Assembly (NCBI RefSeq): GCF_009914755.1
Contig: NC_060945.1
Length of the DNA stretch: 64,000 nt
Source of the DNA: the human T2T-CHM13v2.0 reference genome, Homo sapiens
Reading direction: 5' to 3' (one strand)
Below the pieces are notes generated by a model. That model saw nothing but the letters and a program-made list of their open reading frames with translations, did not search any database and was not told where the DNA came from. Position numbers and translations under genes: made by a program. Shown here piece after piece: positions 17,971 through 33,654 of this stretch (position 1 is the first letter of the stretch; each line of letters opens with the position of its first letter).

Positions 17971-20564
17971 CTTGAATGTGAACCTTGAAGCTACCACCCA
18001 CTAGCTGTGCCTACTTAGACAAGGCTGTGAGAGGACACTTTCACAAAGAAATAAAGGTTTTATCATGTAAGTGAGCTACTGCTGACCTCACCCCTATCTG
18101 GTTTCTGCAGGAAAGAGGTGTCATATTCACAAGGGTTCTGTAATGGAAGGACTGTGGGCAGAGGTAAGAGAACCCAAGAACAAGGAAGGGGTGCCAAAGC
18201 ACTTGGAACCAGCAAGGGACTGAAGGAGCAAGAGGGGGAGCTGCTAATGGGAAATAATATTAATACCTTGACCTCTCTCAAATCCTGCCCATCAATCTCC
18301 TGCCAGTGCAGCCAGTGATGAGAAACATCCAGAGTTAGGAGCACGGGAGCCCAGGGATGGGCCGACAGGTGAACGGTCCAGGGGCCAGCACATCTGGCTG
18401 GGTGGGCTTGCTGGTTATGCGTCCCCTCTCACATCCAGCCCTGCACAACTCTGACTTAGTCCCAGCAACAACATGAACTTCTACACAGCCTGATCTAGCG
18501 ATGAGCCCAAATCGATTCAGCAACTCCAAAGGACTTAGGATTGATGTCATTGGCTATCTAACCCCCAGGAATATGAGTTCCTCCAGGGCTGAACTTGCCA
18601 CAGGGCTTTCTAGATCCCCAATGCCTGGGACACAGTAGGCACTCAATAAATGTCTGTTAAGCGGTCTTCCTTTTATAATGTAAAGTGATAGCTCAGGCTC
18701 AGACGCTGAAAGGCCCAGGATTTACTGCATTTTTTTGTTACCTGCCAACTAGCGAAGACCACAAAAGGCTTGAGTAGAACAGTAAAAGCAGGGAGTGAAT
18801 AAGTCATTTCTAATAAGGCTGGTTTTATAGGCATCACACCTCCACCAAGCCAAACAGGCTCACTGTAGAAGCGGAATCTATTCTGCAAGTGCAGAGACCA
18901 AAGAGAAAGCCAGGGTTGGCTCTAACGGCGAGGGCGGCTCTATGGGGCAGCTCAGCCACTGCCTCCACAATGAGAGACGCGAACTTCCACTCACTGGTCT
19001 CGTGGGTGCGGGACCGACACCCACAGGAGTCTCTGGGGCCTTCATTAAGCCTGCCCAAGGAAAACGCCCGCCATTTGTCTCAGCCCAACACAAACAGGCT
19101 TCTGACAGAGCAGGCAGCGTGGGGGTGGAGGGCATGGAAAACGCTGGGGCTGAGCCCTGGGGGCCCATAGGCAGCCCTGCCTGGTGCACCCAGAGGTGCC
19201 CATCCTAGCCGACATGCACACCAACGTGACCATTCACACGTTCCCTTCCTTCTGATGCTGACATGTCCCCCCGCCCCACCATCCTCAGCTATTTGCCTGT
19301 TACCTGCCAGCCCCACCTGGGCTTCTTGTGGGGGCAGGGGACTCTGGCATGGGATCCTGCCCTCAGCTCTGCCACCATCAGCTGTGAGGCCGCAAGAGGC
19401 ACTCCCTGGGCTGACCGCAGCTTCTTCATTTTTCTAACGAGAAAACGAGAACATCTCTCTCTGGTAAAACGGAGCTTCAAGATTCAATGTTTAGCCTCCA
19501 CTGTTTAATTCTCAGTTGAAATTTTAACATCATGTTATGTTAAAATATATGTTACCTGGAAAGAGAGAAGCGGCCCCATATCAAGAGGCCAAGAGCTTTC
19601 TGCTCCAGGACCTTATCTTAGCAAAGGTTCACTGGTCCAACTGGCTGTCACCATGACACTTGGGAACATTCAGAGAATCCCAGGGAATAACACCTGGCCA
19701 GGCCTGGCAGGAGAGAGGGGAGCGGCGTCCAACACTGCCCTACGTGTGCAAGGAGAGGGCGGGTCTAACCCCACACACTCAAGGCCACGGTCTAAGAAGC
19801 TCCGGCTCAGAAGGTGCATTCGTTCATAGGAGAAAAGCAGAGTTTCTACTGAAAAGTGTTTTTAATAACACACAAAACAATTCCAACTTTTCCCTGAAAC
19901 TCCATCTGGCCAGTTTCCTCCGGCATGCCCACAGCTGATTCTTCTAGAAACTGTTTAACATGATTGTTAAGAATAACCTAACAACCTGTTAGGTTATTTA
20001 TCCTGCTTTCCCAGAATACAGAGCTGGACTGTGCGGGCAGCCGCTCGGGCAGAGAGGGCTGTGCACTGCCGGCCTGTCCCTGGGGTCTCTGGGGGCTCTC
20101 GGTGCACAGGAGCCAAGGAAGCAGCTCCCAATCCATTAGGGGGAAAAACCAAAACACTTTGCAAGTGTCCAAATAAAATGTGCTTACTAAATGTCTACTA
20201 TAAGCAAAATACTGGGAAAGGGATACAAAGATTAACAACATATGGTCCTTGCTTTCAAATCAGCTTGCATGACAGTTTAATGGGGAAAACAGATATTTAT
20301 ACAAATAATACAACAATAGCACTTATACAAACCACCTAAAAAAAATCTTATGGAAGTGACTAGATCTAAGGTTCCAAGTCACGATACTTGGGTTAGGAAA
20401 TTGCAAGAAAAAATTCAAATCCTATACCCGTGACACGATCATCAGTGGAATTTTCCTAGATCAGAGGGGTAGAATCCCTTTGTTGAGTATAAAAGATCAA
20501 CTATCTGTCCTCATAGCATCCGGCTGTAAGATTTTTTTATGTTCTGTAATTTAAGACTTTTCTT

Positions 20565-20866
20565 TTAAGAGATAGGGTCTTGCTTGCTCAACATGTTCCT
20601 CAGGCTGGAGTGCAGTGGCGCGATCACAAACTCAACTCCCGGGCTCAAGAGAACCTCTCATCTCAGCCTCCCAAGTAGCTGGGATTATAGGTGCACACCA
20701 TCATGCCTAGCTAATTTTTTTTTTTTTTTTTTTTTTTTTTTATCTTTTGTAGAGGTGGAGTCTCGCTGTGTTGCCCAACCTGGTCTTCAACACCTGGACT
20801 CAAGCGATCCTCCCACCTCAGCCTCCCGAAGTGCTGAGATTACGGGCATGAGCCGCTGCACCTGAC
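20565..20866 (-). mobile_element. Alu (J-like) with expanded central poly-T
   Basis: Reverse consensus. Confidence 0.88.
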
Positions 20867-23800
20867 CAATTTAAAACTTAAAATCTTACTACTCTAAGAA
20901 CTTTATACACATGTGCTTTATAAATGCTGGTTCATATGAAGATGGAATATCCCCCTCAACCCTGTAGGGTGATACACAGCCATACGGAACCATCACAAAC
21001 TAGTAGGCTACTGCTTTTACTTCAAATAAAACAAATACTCCCCGGGCCAAGTAGAAACTAGAGCCGTTCTCCTGGAAGCAAAGATGTCAAAGCCTCTCAC
21101 TCTTAGAAACAACCCACAATAGGGTCTGGGCTTTGTGGTTTACTTAAAGGAAGTAACATTTGCATCTTCAAAACAAAAACAAAAGGCCCTCTTTATCAGG
21201 AAAATGTGGCAAAAGGTTCACCAGTGGTAAATCTGGGTGAAGGCTCCACAGGGCTTATAGGGTTGGTGTATGACTCTTTTACCTTTTCTTCAGTTCCAAT
21301 TTTTTTTAACAAAAAATTGGGGGAGAAATAAAGGATTTTCCCCAGAAGCTTGAAAGGCCCTGCCAGCTCCTACATGATCTGTAGATTTTTGTTCTGCTGT
21401 TAATCGTGGAATCATCAAAGAAACAGCCTTCATAAAGAATCAAAAAGCAAAACAGCAATGAAGAACACCTTTTAGCTTTTGATCTGAACAAGCCTTCATG
21501 CTGCCTTTGCCGGGGAAGGGCTGCTGAACCATTCTGAGGCAAGAACACCTCCCTGAAAAACCACAGATTTCCATCCTCATGGAGCCATCCCTCCACAGAC
21601 CCAGATCTTGTACAGCCCAAATGCAGGGCGCACTTTCCCCGAGTACAAACCCCAGTGCGTTTCATGAAGCTGTTCAGTATATGCAGAATCAGTGCATTAA
21701 TAACAGCTTATTGGCACCGAATGAAAAACACACAAGTCTTAATCTTAGGTCTTGAATTTTGTCCAGTTCCTACGTCATACCTGGCTGTAAGGGCTACAGC
21801 CGTAAGCATGCTTGGTGACTGGAGGCTGTGTAGTGAGACCTGAGTTTTGAAACCAGGATTGGTAGCTTAACAAAATTTACTGGTTGTAGAAAAAGTAAAC
21901 TTGCCTCCGGGGAGGTGAGCTCAGCCTCACCATTCTGACAGCAGCCTCTGGTGGCCAGTTTAGTAAAAAGTGTTGGCTCTCATGCTGAAAGCTCGGACCT
22001 TCCCTTCTTAATGAAGGTCGCTGCAAGCAGACAGGCCATTCTAGGTAACAGCTGGAGGTGACTGGGGAAGCTGCAGAAATCCAAACGAAGGTGTGACTTT
22101 GGACCACGTAAATCACCAAGTCATTGGATGATCTGTCTCTTGCATTAAAAAAAAAAAAAAATGAAGTACTCTCTTTCAAAAGTAGAAAAATAAATAAAGA
22201 GAACTGTTTTAAAAGGGCTCAAGTCACAAGGCAGATAATACATACTCAGTTTGAAAGTAATCTCATTCCTTACTTGCATAGAAAGCCTTTAAATATTCAA
22301 GGAGCACAGATTCCTGAACAAAATAAAGCCCAGCCTGTCTGCTTTCTTACATAGCACCCCATGGTACACTAACTCCTATGTACTGAGTGCCGGAAATTCT
22401 TCCTGCAAAGTAAGGAATTGCTCCATATGGCAGAAACTTCTAGAAAATGCTGCAACCATTCATTCAGAGAACAAAATTAAATATTCAGGATTGTAGGTGA
22501 GGCCTGATTTCTAGTGCCACAGATTCACACCATTTCACTGGATATAAATAGAGGAATGATCAGAGGCTGACAGTTGGCTTCAAAGGCAGAGAGGGTAAGA
22601 AGGAGACGCCATCAGCTTCAAGCCAACTTCTTCGTAAGGTGCACTCTGTCCTCAGCTGTCAGAGAACAATCTGGAAACAATCTGCTGAGCAGCTGCTCTC
22701 ATCAACAAACTGTTTATTGTAAGAAAGTGGCTGGGTCAAAGGCTAAACATCAACCCGAGCTGAAAGCATACAGAACAAAAATCAATACCGTCCCTGCTAA
22801 AGAGACCCAGGACTTAGCATGCAGAAAAGAGAGGGTGAGGAACTCATGTTTAGTTCTGAAAGAGTAAGAGTTGGAACAAAACCCCCATATTTCAACATTC
22901 AGGGTTCTTCTGCATATTATTCCAATTGGCGACTTGCTGCTATTTGCAGAATGGCCTTGTAATGGGGGCTAAAATGTGGCATTCAACAAGGACACAGAAA
23001 TCAACTTTGCCCTAAAAGTTACAGGGGTTAACATCAGTTGTTTCTCTCTCACATTTGTTTTGCAACAGGACCAACGTGCTCATCATACACATGTGCTTAT
23101 TATACACAATGCACAGATACTACAGTCCATCTTTAAATATGTCTAATTGGAAACTGGAAGGCTGACTGGACATGAGATTATATGAAGAGATTGTTTCATT
23201 TTAGGTATGACGGTGGAATTGTGATTATGTTTTTAAACAGAGCTCGCATCTTTCAGAGACACATACTAAAATATTTGCAGATGAGAAAACTGAAACAGTA
23301 TCTGGGAATTCCTTCCAAATAATACTGGCAGAGAAGTGGGTAGAAAGAAGTGAAATAAGATTGGCCATAAATGGATAACTGTGAAAGAGAGTGATGAGTA
23401 CAGAAGAATTCACTCATTATTTATATTTACTTTTGCATATTTGAAATTTTCTATGAAATGTTTGCTTTTACTTGTGTGTAAAGTTCAACAGTTACTTTGA
23501 AAGAAAAAAAGTTTTCTTAAATATAAGAGAAGTATTAACCTACCGAGGCAAATTAATTAAGTCATATGCCATGGTATTGCTAGGTATCCAATTTAACGTT
23601 TTTGAGCAATGTCCGAGATATGGTTGTTATGTCCTGAGTTGAACGATGGAGAAGTAGAAAGAGATGCTCAAAGTGTTCCCACTGCATACGTGCTCCAGCA
23701 AGCCAGAATGTGACACAGAAACAGATAAGACGGTTTCCCATGGTTTAATTGCAGTATGGGGCAAGAGGACATACGTGAGATGCTAGGAAAACCCAACTGT

Positions 23801-24244
23801 CATAAATAATGGGGACCAAATTGTTAAAAGACAAGTTAGCACACAAATTTTGAAAACACAATTTCTTTGTAAATTTGAGGCTGCTATATAGTGTATTGAT
23901 AATTCTTAAATTAACAGTAAAATTAGAGAATTAGCCTGAAATAAATAAAAATAAAGCAGATAGCAAAACATTATTTCATTGTGCTGAAATTAACTGTGAA
24001 GATGTATCTATGATTTTAACTTGTTCCAATATAAAGATGAAAATGGTAATAATCACAAATTCTTAGAAAAGAATGCATTCAAAGGAACTGCTTAAAAAGT
24101 TAAAAAAAATTTTTTTTAGTCTACTTGCTTTGCCAAGACCAGCATAAATACTGCAGAGAGTCCTGCAAAGGATGAGAAAGGTCATCTTGTCTACCCTCCC
24201 TCCCAACAGAACAGAGAAGGGTTTGGTCATGAGAATTTGGTGAC

Positions 24245-24880
24245 GCACCAGGCACGGTAGCTCATACCTGTGAGGCCAAGTACTTTGGGAAGCTGAGGCG
24301 GAAGAATTGTCTGAGCCCAGAAATTTGAGACCAGTTTGGGCAAAAAGTAAGACTCCATCTCTACAAAACACAAAAGTAAAATAGCCAGGTATGGCGATAT
24401 GTGCCTGTAGTCCCCGCTGCTTGGGAGGCTGAGGTGGGAGATTACCTGAGCTCAGGAGTTCAAGGCTGCAGTGAGCCATGATCATGCCACTGCACTCCAA
24501 CCTGAGTGACAGAACGAGACCCTGTCTCAAGAAAAAAGAAAAAAAAAAAAAGACACCCACCCTAGTGGGAAGGTGGGGCAGAGATGGGAATGGTTAATGG
24601 ATGCAAAAAATAAAAATAAATAAAAAGAACGAATAAGACCTAGTATTTGATAGCACAACAGGGTGACTACAGTTAATAATAATTTAACTGTACATGCTCA
24701 AATAACTAAAATAATATAATTTGTTTGTAATATAAAGGATAAATGCTTGAGAAGATAGGTACCCCATTTTATATGATGTGATTATTATGCACAGCACGCC
24801 TGTATCAAAGCATCTCATGCATCCCATAAATGTATACACCTACTATGTACCTATTAAATTAAAATTAAAAAAAATTTTTA
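24245..24880 (+). mobile_element. AluJ-like (24245-24550) followed by an L1MA-like 3' end (24560-24880)
   Basis: Alu consensus; L1 tail GATAGCACAACAGGGTGACTA..TACACCTACTATGTACC..A-rich. Confidence 0.85.
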
Positions 24881-25360
24881 AAGCCGTCTACCAAGAAAAA
24901 CTCATTTGGCCAATCTGAGACACTACACCTAACCCCAACATCACAGAAGGAAAAAATACACAGAGCAAAACCTTCAAAATTATAGACCTTTGACCTTTAA
25001 AGCATTTTATTAACTAAAAAGCTACAGAAAAACTTAAATCCTGAAATGCATCAAGGTTGCCTATGAAAAGTAATCTAGACAATCCTAGGCAGAGTCTGGC
25101 TATCCCCCCACCCCCAAATTAACCATCATTTTTTAATTTATGAAACTACTGTTTGATGTTTCTTTTAAAAGGTGTATTTTCTTATTTACGGAAATTAAAA
25201 ACAGGAAGAGGGATCAGTGGTGCCATCATTCAATCACTCTTCAGTGAACTACTCTACGTAGGATTCATTTTTGTTCAGAGAAGAGAGCAACTTACCAAAT
25301 GTTTACCTAGGGCATACAAAAGCAAACTCAGTAAGTTTTCTGAGAAGAATATTCACTTTC

Positions 25361-25724
<364 letters not shown>

Positions 25725-28460
25725 TTAAACTAAAAGTTTTTATAGACCAGTGGCTCAGGAAAGCCTCATGGTGGGTGAAACTGACAATGGTCCTATGATA
25801 CGCATGTTCAGGACCCAGCGATCTAGCTGACTGCTGATGGGCAACGCTGTTCTCCTTTCGCTCACACCTAGAATCTGAATCTCAGCCTCGGAGGCGCAGC
25901 AGCACAGTGCCAAAGCAGCCCTCCTCTTCACCCAGAGCCCCTGTCCCCTGCACTCAGACACACATGCCAGAGACCCACCAGAGACACAAACACCTACACA
26001 ACAAAATTGTGCTGTGAACCTCGTGTCAAGGGAAAGTGCATTTCCCTTTTACCAGAAATCTCCAGACCCGCTACTCTAAGTCTTCTCTCACTCTCTGGGA
26101 GAAATGACCACTCCACAAAGGCACGTTCTATCTCAGCAATCTTAAGTTTTTCTGTAGTTCTGGTTAAAACAGACATATGCACTTAAATAAATAAATATAT
26201 AAATGTATATGCATATATATTATCATAATATGTATTCATATGGTTGAAATTTTAAAAACTCAAATACCCTTAAAAGTATCGATTAAAAGACTCTGTTTTT
26301 TTAAATTAAAGCCACGTTCCTCAATTCACGAAATAAAATTTGAGTTATAGAATTTTTTTGTAAAGGACAGTAGCTCCAATGATCAATGAGAATTGAAATC
26401 ATAGTCTTTAACTCCAATATCTCCTTTTTAGAAAAAAATATTTATTTTAATTGACAAGTAAAAAGTATGTACATTTCTGGTATACCACATGATGCTTTGA
26501 TATATGTGTATGTTACGGAACAGAAACTCCAATATTCCTTCCACTGATTCTATTATTAAACCAAAGCCTAAAAACATTTTAAGAAAGAAAAGACCCACGA
26601 CACCAGCAGAGGGATAATGTAGAATTGTACTGGAAACATGGTAGTACCTGGATAGCTGTGTGGCCAAACTCGGCATGCTGTACCTGGGGAGACGCAGCCA
26701 TACACAGGCAGCTACAACAAAACAAACAAATTAGGAAGATCTCTCAGAAAAAAGGAGTCTTCCCTTCTTATCTCCAGGAGAAAGTGCCTGAGGGACCGAC
26801 AGACGGACTAACCTTGGCTGAGTCTTCCTGCTTTCACGAGGAAGCCCGCAAAATCCTCCTGGTGCTGCCCAGCATCGGCCGAGCTCCAGCACAGGAGCGC
26901 TCTCCTTGCACCCCAAGTTGTTTCTCCCCTTACCACTCAGGTGGGGGAAATGGGGGATTAAACACCACTCAGGTCCACAAACTGCCTGTCAGTTTTGAAA
27001 CCCCCGAAACACTATAAACATTTTTCCAAGACAGTCAGTGCAAATCTCCAGGCGGCATTCTCAAATCATTAGCATGCATGGAAACAAAATGTGCTCCCCA
27101 GCTATAATTCACATCCCAAGAACTGAAGGAGAACATTTATCAAATGGGATTCGGGTCTCAGACCCCGACATTCCTGAGCTGACACCACCAGCTCCGCGGC
27201 CCGGGAGCGCCAGACTCAACGGTTCCGTCATCGCCGGGCGCCCCACCGCCGCACCCACCGCCAGCTCTGGTCCTTGGCCCTGCACCTGACCACAGGAGCC
27301 CTTTGATCATGCTCTCTAACCCGGCACCAGTATGGGCTTATTCCTGGGATGTGTTTTTTGAACTGGGAGACAAAAATCCGCGTGTGAGAATGTTCTAAGC
27401 CCTTCTGGAGACAGCCTCCACCGACTTCCCTGGGAGGTGAGGCCAGAATCCATACCCGCTCACACATGGCAGCTATTAGGAAGCCCGGGTAGGAGACAAA
27501 AAGCATGTGGTCTTGGAGGATTTTTTTTATTCCAAAAGAGGCCGTTTCCCATCCACAAGTTTGTGACTGCATAAACGGTGGATATAAATAGACGGAGGAA
27601 AGAAAACCACGCTTCTTAGACGGGATGCTATCCCAAGAAGGAAAGTGCTGAGCGGGAATGTTCCCTCGGCCTCAGAGACCTTATCACCCCTTCACCAGGC
27701 CAGACAGCAAAGACCGCAACGCACAGAAGCCAGAATCATCACAAAACTAATTAAACGTGGAAAACAACAAAAGCGTTTGTGCAGATTTCCCACAAGCACA
27801 CATCTCTGCCCCGGGTATTTACTCTGCAGGCGCTGCTTTGAGGCACACTTGTGGAAACAAGATTCAAGTAAAAAGACAGGACACACAGTAGCTGAAAAGC
27901 CTTCTTCCCACAAAAATAAAACATTCTAAAGGGAGCACAGGAAAACCCCCCAAGTATGATTTCTTTTGCAATTCAACATCAAAACCCATCATGTCACCTT
28001 TTGCCATGGGTATTATGTTTGATAACAGGAAGTCAGTCAAAATGAACAAAAAATTTCCAGCGTAGGTGAAGGGCGAAGGAAGAAAGAAACGAGAGAAAGA
28101 GGTATATGAAAGACCCTTAAAAGCATTCATAGCTATAAAAGCTTTTAAATGTTTGCTTTAATCTGCTAGCTGCCTTTAGCCGGTGCCGTATTGTAAAACA
28201 GCCGCACAAGACCACAGCAGCCACATGTCAAAAGCTATTCAAGGTGCACCTGGAATTCTGACTTCCTCTCTAATTTGGATCTCTAAAAATTATTTTTAAG
28301 CTGTATTTTAAAGTTATGCCCAAAGCTTCGCCCTATCTATACATTCGAGACTCAGAACTAGGATTAAAAATAGGAGAAGGGGAGGACTCCACATCAAGTA
28401 CTATGTTAAAAAATGGCAGGCAAAGATTTTTTTTAGTGGAGAATTCTAATTAACTCATTA

Positions 28461-28770
<310 letters not shown>

Positions 28771-29671
28771 CAGAAACGAAAAATACATAAGCCTCTTCAC
28801 TGTCCTGTACGCCAGCTTCCTCTCCCGGGGGCAAGGACTCCTTCCCCGCCCTGCCCTACTTATCAGGGTCACTATGAGACCCAAATGAGATGGCGACACA
28901 GGTAAAAAAGCTTGGTTAACTAGAACGCATGCCACAAAGACGAGGAATTATCCCTCGTTTTCCAGAAACTTCTGCAGCAAGGGCTTGTACTTAGTAGGCA
29001 CACAGATGTTTGCTACATGAAGGGGCCAGTTAGAGAAGGAGGAACAACTGTGTGGTATGTATGACTGAGTCTAAGTTTCTTCATAAAGCTATCAACGTCT
29101 GAAAAGCAGCTCCATCTCAGTATGTTCATGTATATCAAATCATCATGCTGCATACCTTAAATATATACAATTTAAAAAAAAGTAACATAAAGGACTTCCC
29201 GGAGTAGAAGGGCCTGTACCCGTTTTTTGATATGTTTACAAGTATCTAAACTATCCTTACCAACAAAACCTGCTTTTTATGGGGGGAAAAAGTTTCACAG
29301 TAAAAATTTGGGGTTAAATCAAAATGAAATGTCATAACTAGTTTCTGTTTTTAAGTACGTATTACCCATTCCATAACTCCCCACTACCAAAATCACACAA
29401 ACACACCTCATGGTGATTTTGCCCGATCATTTCAGTAACAAACCCAGTTGTCACTTCTTGTGACAGCTACATCTTGATCCCAGCTGGACACAGGACCCCT
29501 GCTAAGAGTCCAGCCGGCTTGTGTTTCTCAGGTCACCTACACACTGTTAGCCACCGTTGGCCACGATGAACACCCACAAGGTTCCCAAGCTTTTTCATTT
29601 TGGAAAAATTCTTGTGCTCCCCAGATCCTAAGCAGATGTCCCAGGCTACGGGAGCAATGCACAAGCTCTCT

Positions 29672-29763
29672 AGTTCCCCAAGGTAAAGGTGCCGACCTTC
29701 CTGGGGGCAGCACGTCCAGTTCCCCAAGGTAAAGGTGCCGACCTTCCTAGGGGTGGCACATCC
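29672..29763. repeat. Tandem duplication, 2 x 46 bp
   Basis: AGTTCCCCAAGGTAAAGGTGCCGACCTTCCT... at 29672 and 29718; 42/46 identical. Confidence 0.95.
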
Positions 29764-30720
29764 CACCTTCTTCTGCTTCCTCTGGACTCACTGGGGGGAC
29801 CAAAAGGGGTCCACTGGCAGGCAACTCTGCAGGGGTGGAGGGTGGGGGGCTGGCTCTGCCCCACACACAGATTCAGGTCCCAGCCGGTCCTAACCCGCCA
29901 GCTGCCCCTCCCAGTGAGACCCTGCAGAGCGTGGCAGCCTGTGCTTTCTTTCTGCCATTGCTCTGGCAGAGATAAAAAGGAAAATGGAACCCAGAGAAAC
30001 AGAAACAAGGCAGCTAGCTTCTCAACTGGGAAAGAATTACATTTTCTCTAGAACATCAGATTCGATAGAAAATAAAATCTATTAAAATGTTTCTATAAAA
30101 TATAAAAGAATTATGTTTTTTCTGGTGTTCTGTAAGGGAAAGGATTATGTTTCTTCTATAAAATCAGTGTTTCTCAAAAACATTCATGTCCCAGCACAGT
30201 AAAGATGTATTGCTGCTGACTGCCTGTCACCCACTGGTGGCGGGAAGATGTGGTGGCCACCAGGTGATCGCACCCAGGACACCCCACAGTGAGCCATGTG
30301 GTGTATCAGTCTCTCACCCACCAACATCTGCAGAGAGGAAGCCATGGAGAGGTCCCCATATATATGGTCTTGGAGAAACAGTTCAAAGGGCTCTGCCAAG
30401 AAACTGGAACATCCAAGCAGGGGTAGGGCACCCAGGGGTACCTTCCACCCACAGAAGCAAAGGGACAGCTTCAGCTCGGAGGCCCCCACACACCAACTCA
30501 GAGCTCACAGTTAACCCTGGAAGTCACAGCTGCCACAGGCCATGAACAAGAGTCACGTGTTTTACTATCAGAGCGAACCCTTTCTAAATAATATGTCAAA
30601 TATTAATATTAACCAAAGTATCAACACCTATGAGATTCCCTGCCTTTTAACATTCAAGTGTGACCATGTGTGAGATGCCTTCAAAGTCCAATGACACGCA
30701 GTCATTTGTTTTTAGTTTTT

Positions 30721-30812
30721 AATAACTAATTTGGCTCATTATAAAATAACTCATAACAAATAACCAATTTGGCTCATTATAAAATAACTAATAACTAATT
30801 TGGCTTATTATA
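30721..30812. repeat. AT-rich minisatellite, about 3 copies of AATAACTAATTTGGCTCATTATA(AAATAAC)
   Basis: Copies start at 30721, 30759 and 30790. Confidence 0.9.
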
Positions 30813-30858
30813 TATATAATCATTATAGAAAATTTGGAAAATACAGAGAAAGTTTTAA

Positions 30859-31305
<447 letters not shown>

Positions 31306-32488
31306 TAACTTTTTGTCATTTTGCTGAGACCCAAATTTCAATCCTGCTCCTGGGAGGTTCAATTAAACGTGAAAGCCTTGGTCGGAGGAAGCCCAGCTCA
31401 GCCGCCCACAGCCTGCATCTCAGCCAAGCCCTGCTTCCTCTTGGTATCGTGCACAGTGACACTGATGGAGCCACACATGACTGGGTTTTATAGTGGGAAT
31501 CACACGCTACCATGGTGTCTGGGTGTCGATGAAGGTCTCCGAGCACATCCTTCCCAAATGCCAAGGGCTGACCGTCGCTGAGGCGAGTGTTTTTTCTCTT
31601 TGGGTCTTGCTACTATTCTTTCCAGTTATATCACAGTAACGGAGAAGCACATAAATCTTCTGCGCTATTCGTCATAAAGAGCAAGTGTCAAGGCACCAAA
31701 CTGTGTAAACACAGCTGGTACGCAGTAAAACTATTTAGATAACTAGCATATTTATTTTGTTCTTTCATATCCCATACTATAATAGTACCTAGGACACAGT
31801 AAACGTTGAATGAAAGATGAATATTATTAACTGGGACATTGAAATAATTTCTGCAGACCCAAAAGAAAGTGCCACCAATATAATGGAAAACTATAAAATT
31901 ATACTATGTGAAACTGATATAGACAGAAAAAAATTAAATCTCTGAAGAACAACTTTATAGTTCTAGGGTCCTGTATGCGAGGCAGCCTAGCTCAGCAGCG
32001 ACACCCTGTGGTGAGAGATCTTTGACTCCCAGCAACAGAGTGTCTTGCAGGGCACAGGAAGCAGAAAGCCAGCCCAGGCATCCAATCCCTAAGGCAGGCG
32101 ATGAGCCAAATGGACGGGCAGGATTTAGCAGATGACTGGGTGCCAAGATCCTCTCCATGGAACTTAATTCCGTGAGGATGACTGAGATCTGTTAAGTAGG
32201 GATGCCAGAAAGAAAACCAAATACAAAGCACAAACCCAATTCCATTCCCAGTCTCTGTGGTCCAGATCTATAAATACTGACCCATAGCACAGTGACTAGA
32301 TGCAGGAGGAATTCAGCTGCCTCCGGAAAGACCACCTCAGGCAGTGCATATCCACCTTCAAATTCATTTGCACTATAATCCTTTAGAGAACTTGTATTCC
32401 AAGAAAACATCATATAAAACCTTGACTTCTGCCATTTCCTTCTACAGCAGATTCAAGGACACCTAAGCAGAGTTAATAAACATTAAGA

Positions 32489-32775
<287 letters not shown>

Positions 32776-33576
32776 AAATAAACATTAAGAAATGAGGATA
32801 TGTACAACATACACGTACTCATTCCATTCCTTGGGCTCCCAAAGTAAAGCAGAATTCAGTCAGAAATAAGCAGCTGAGAGGAAAGTAGTCCACAGCACAG
32901 ATATCCAAGAAAATCAACAAGGCCAAGTGGAGGGCCCGCAATGGGAAGTGAACATTTCTGAAAATAATTATTTTCCAAAGTTATTATGTAATAAGGGGCT
33001 TAGTAGGGAGTGTCCATGTATGTGTATACAGAGCAAATATTTGCTTTAATCATGTTCAAGCATTTCATTCCCAAAGTTTGTGAAAGGGGAAATCAATACT
33101 CCCTCAATTGATCAATGAACAGGTGAAAAAGTATCACCTCCCACTGCCCCAGGCTGTTTAAAAAACTGGAAGGACAAAAATGTGAAGCATCTGTTGTGTG
33201 CTTGAATATAAGCAGACACATGATACAAAGCCCTGACATGGGTATTTCAGGTTATACTCATCCTAAATACACCAGAAATGCCAAGAGTTCCAAACTTCCA
33301 CTCACAAGAGAATAACCTGGGGCAGGGCCACTCTTCCTATCCACTACTCTGTCCAAGAGTCCGGAGGTCAAGTCCGAAGACCAGCATGATCAGAACTCCG
33401 AGAAAGGGCAGGGAGCTCTGCCAAGGGCAAGGCCAGGCCACCTCACTCCCGGACTTCCCCAGCTGGGAGCCTCAGAGCAGGCACTGGCTAAGGTAGCCAG
33501 CCCCAGCCCTCCATCCCCAGGAAAAGGCGACAGAGAAGGTCTAGGGGACTGGCAGTGCTCTCAGATTTTCTATCTG

Positions 33577-33654
33577 TCTTCTCCAAGTGAGCCCATCACA
33601 CCCAGATAGCTCATAGCTCTGCTCTCCTCCAAAAACTAAGGGACACAGTGTAAC
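33577..33654. repeat. 78-bp dispersed direct repeat, copy 1 (copy 2 at 34863-34940)
   Basis: 72/78 identical, ungapped. Confidence 0.93.

Noticed and set aside
29672-30812. Short direct repeats as a possible CRISPR-like array
   Set aside because: Only 2-3 adjacent copies, no unique spacers of regular length, no cas genes, and a human intronic context
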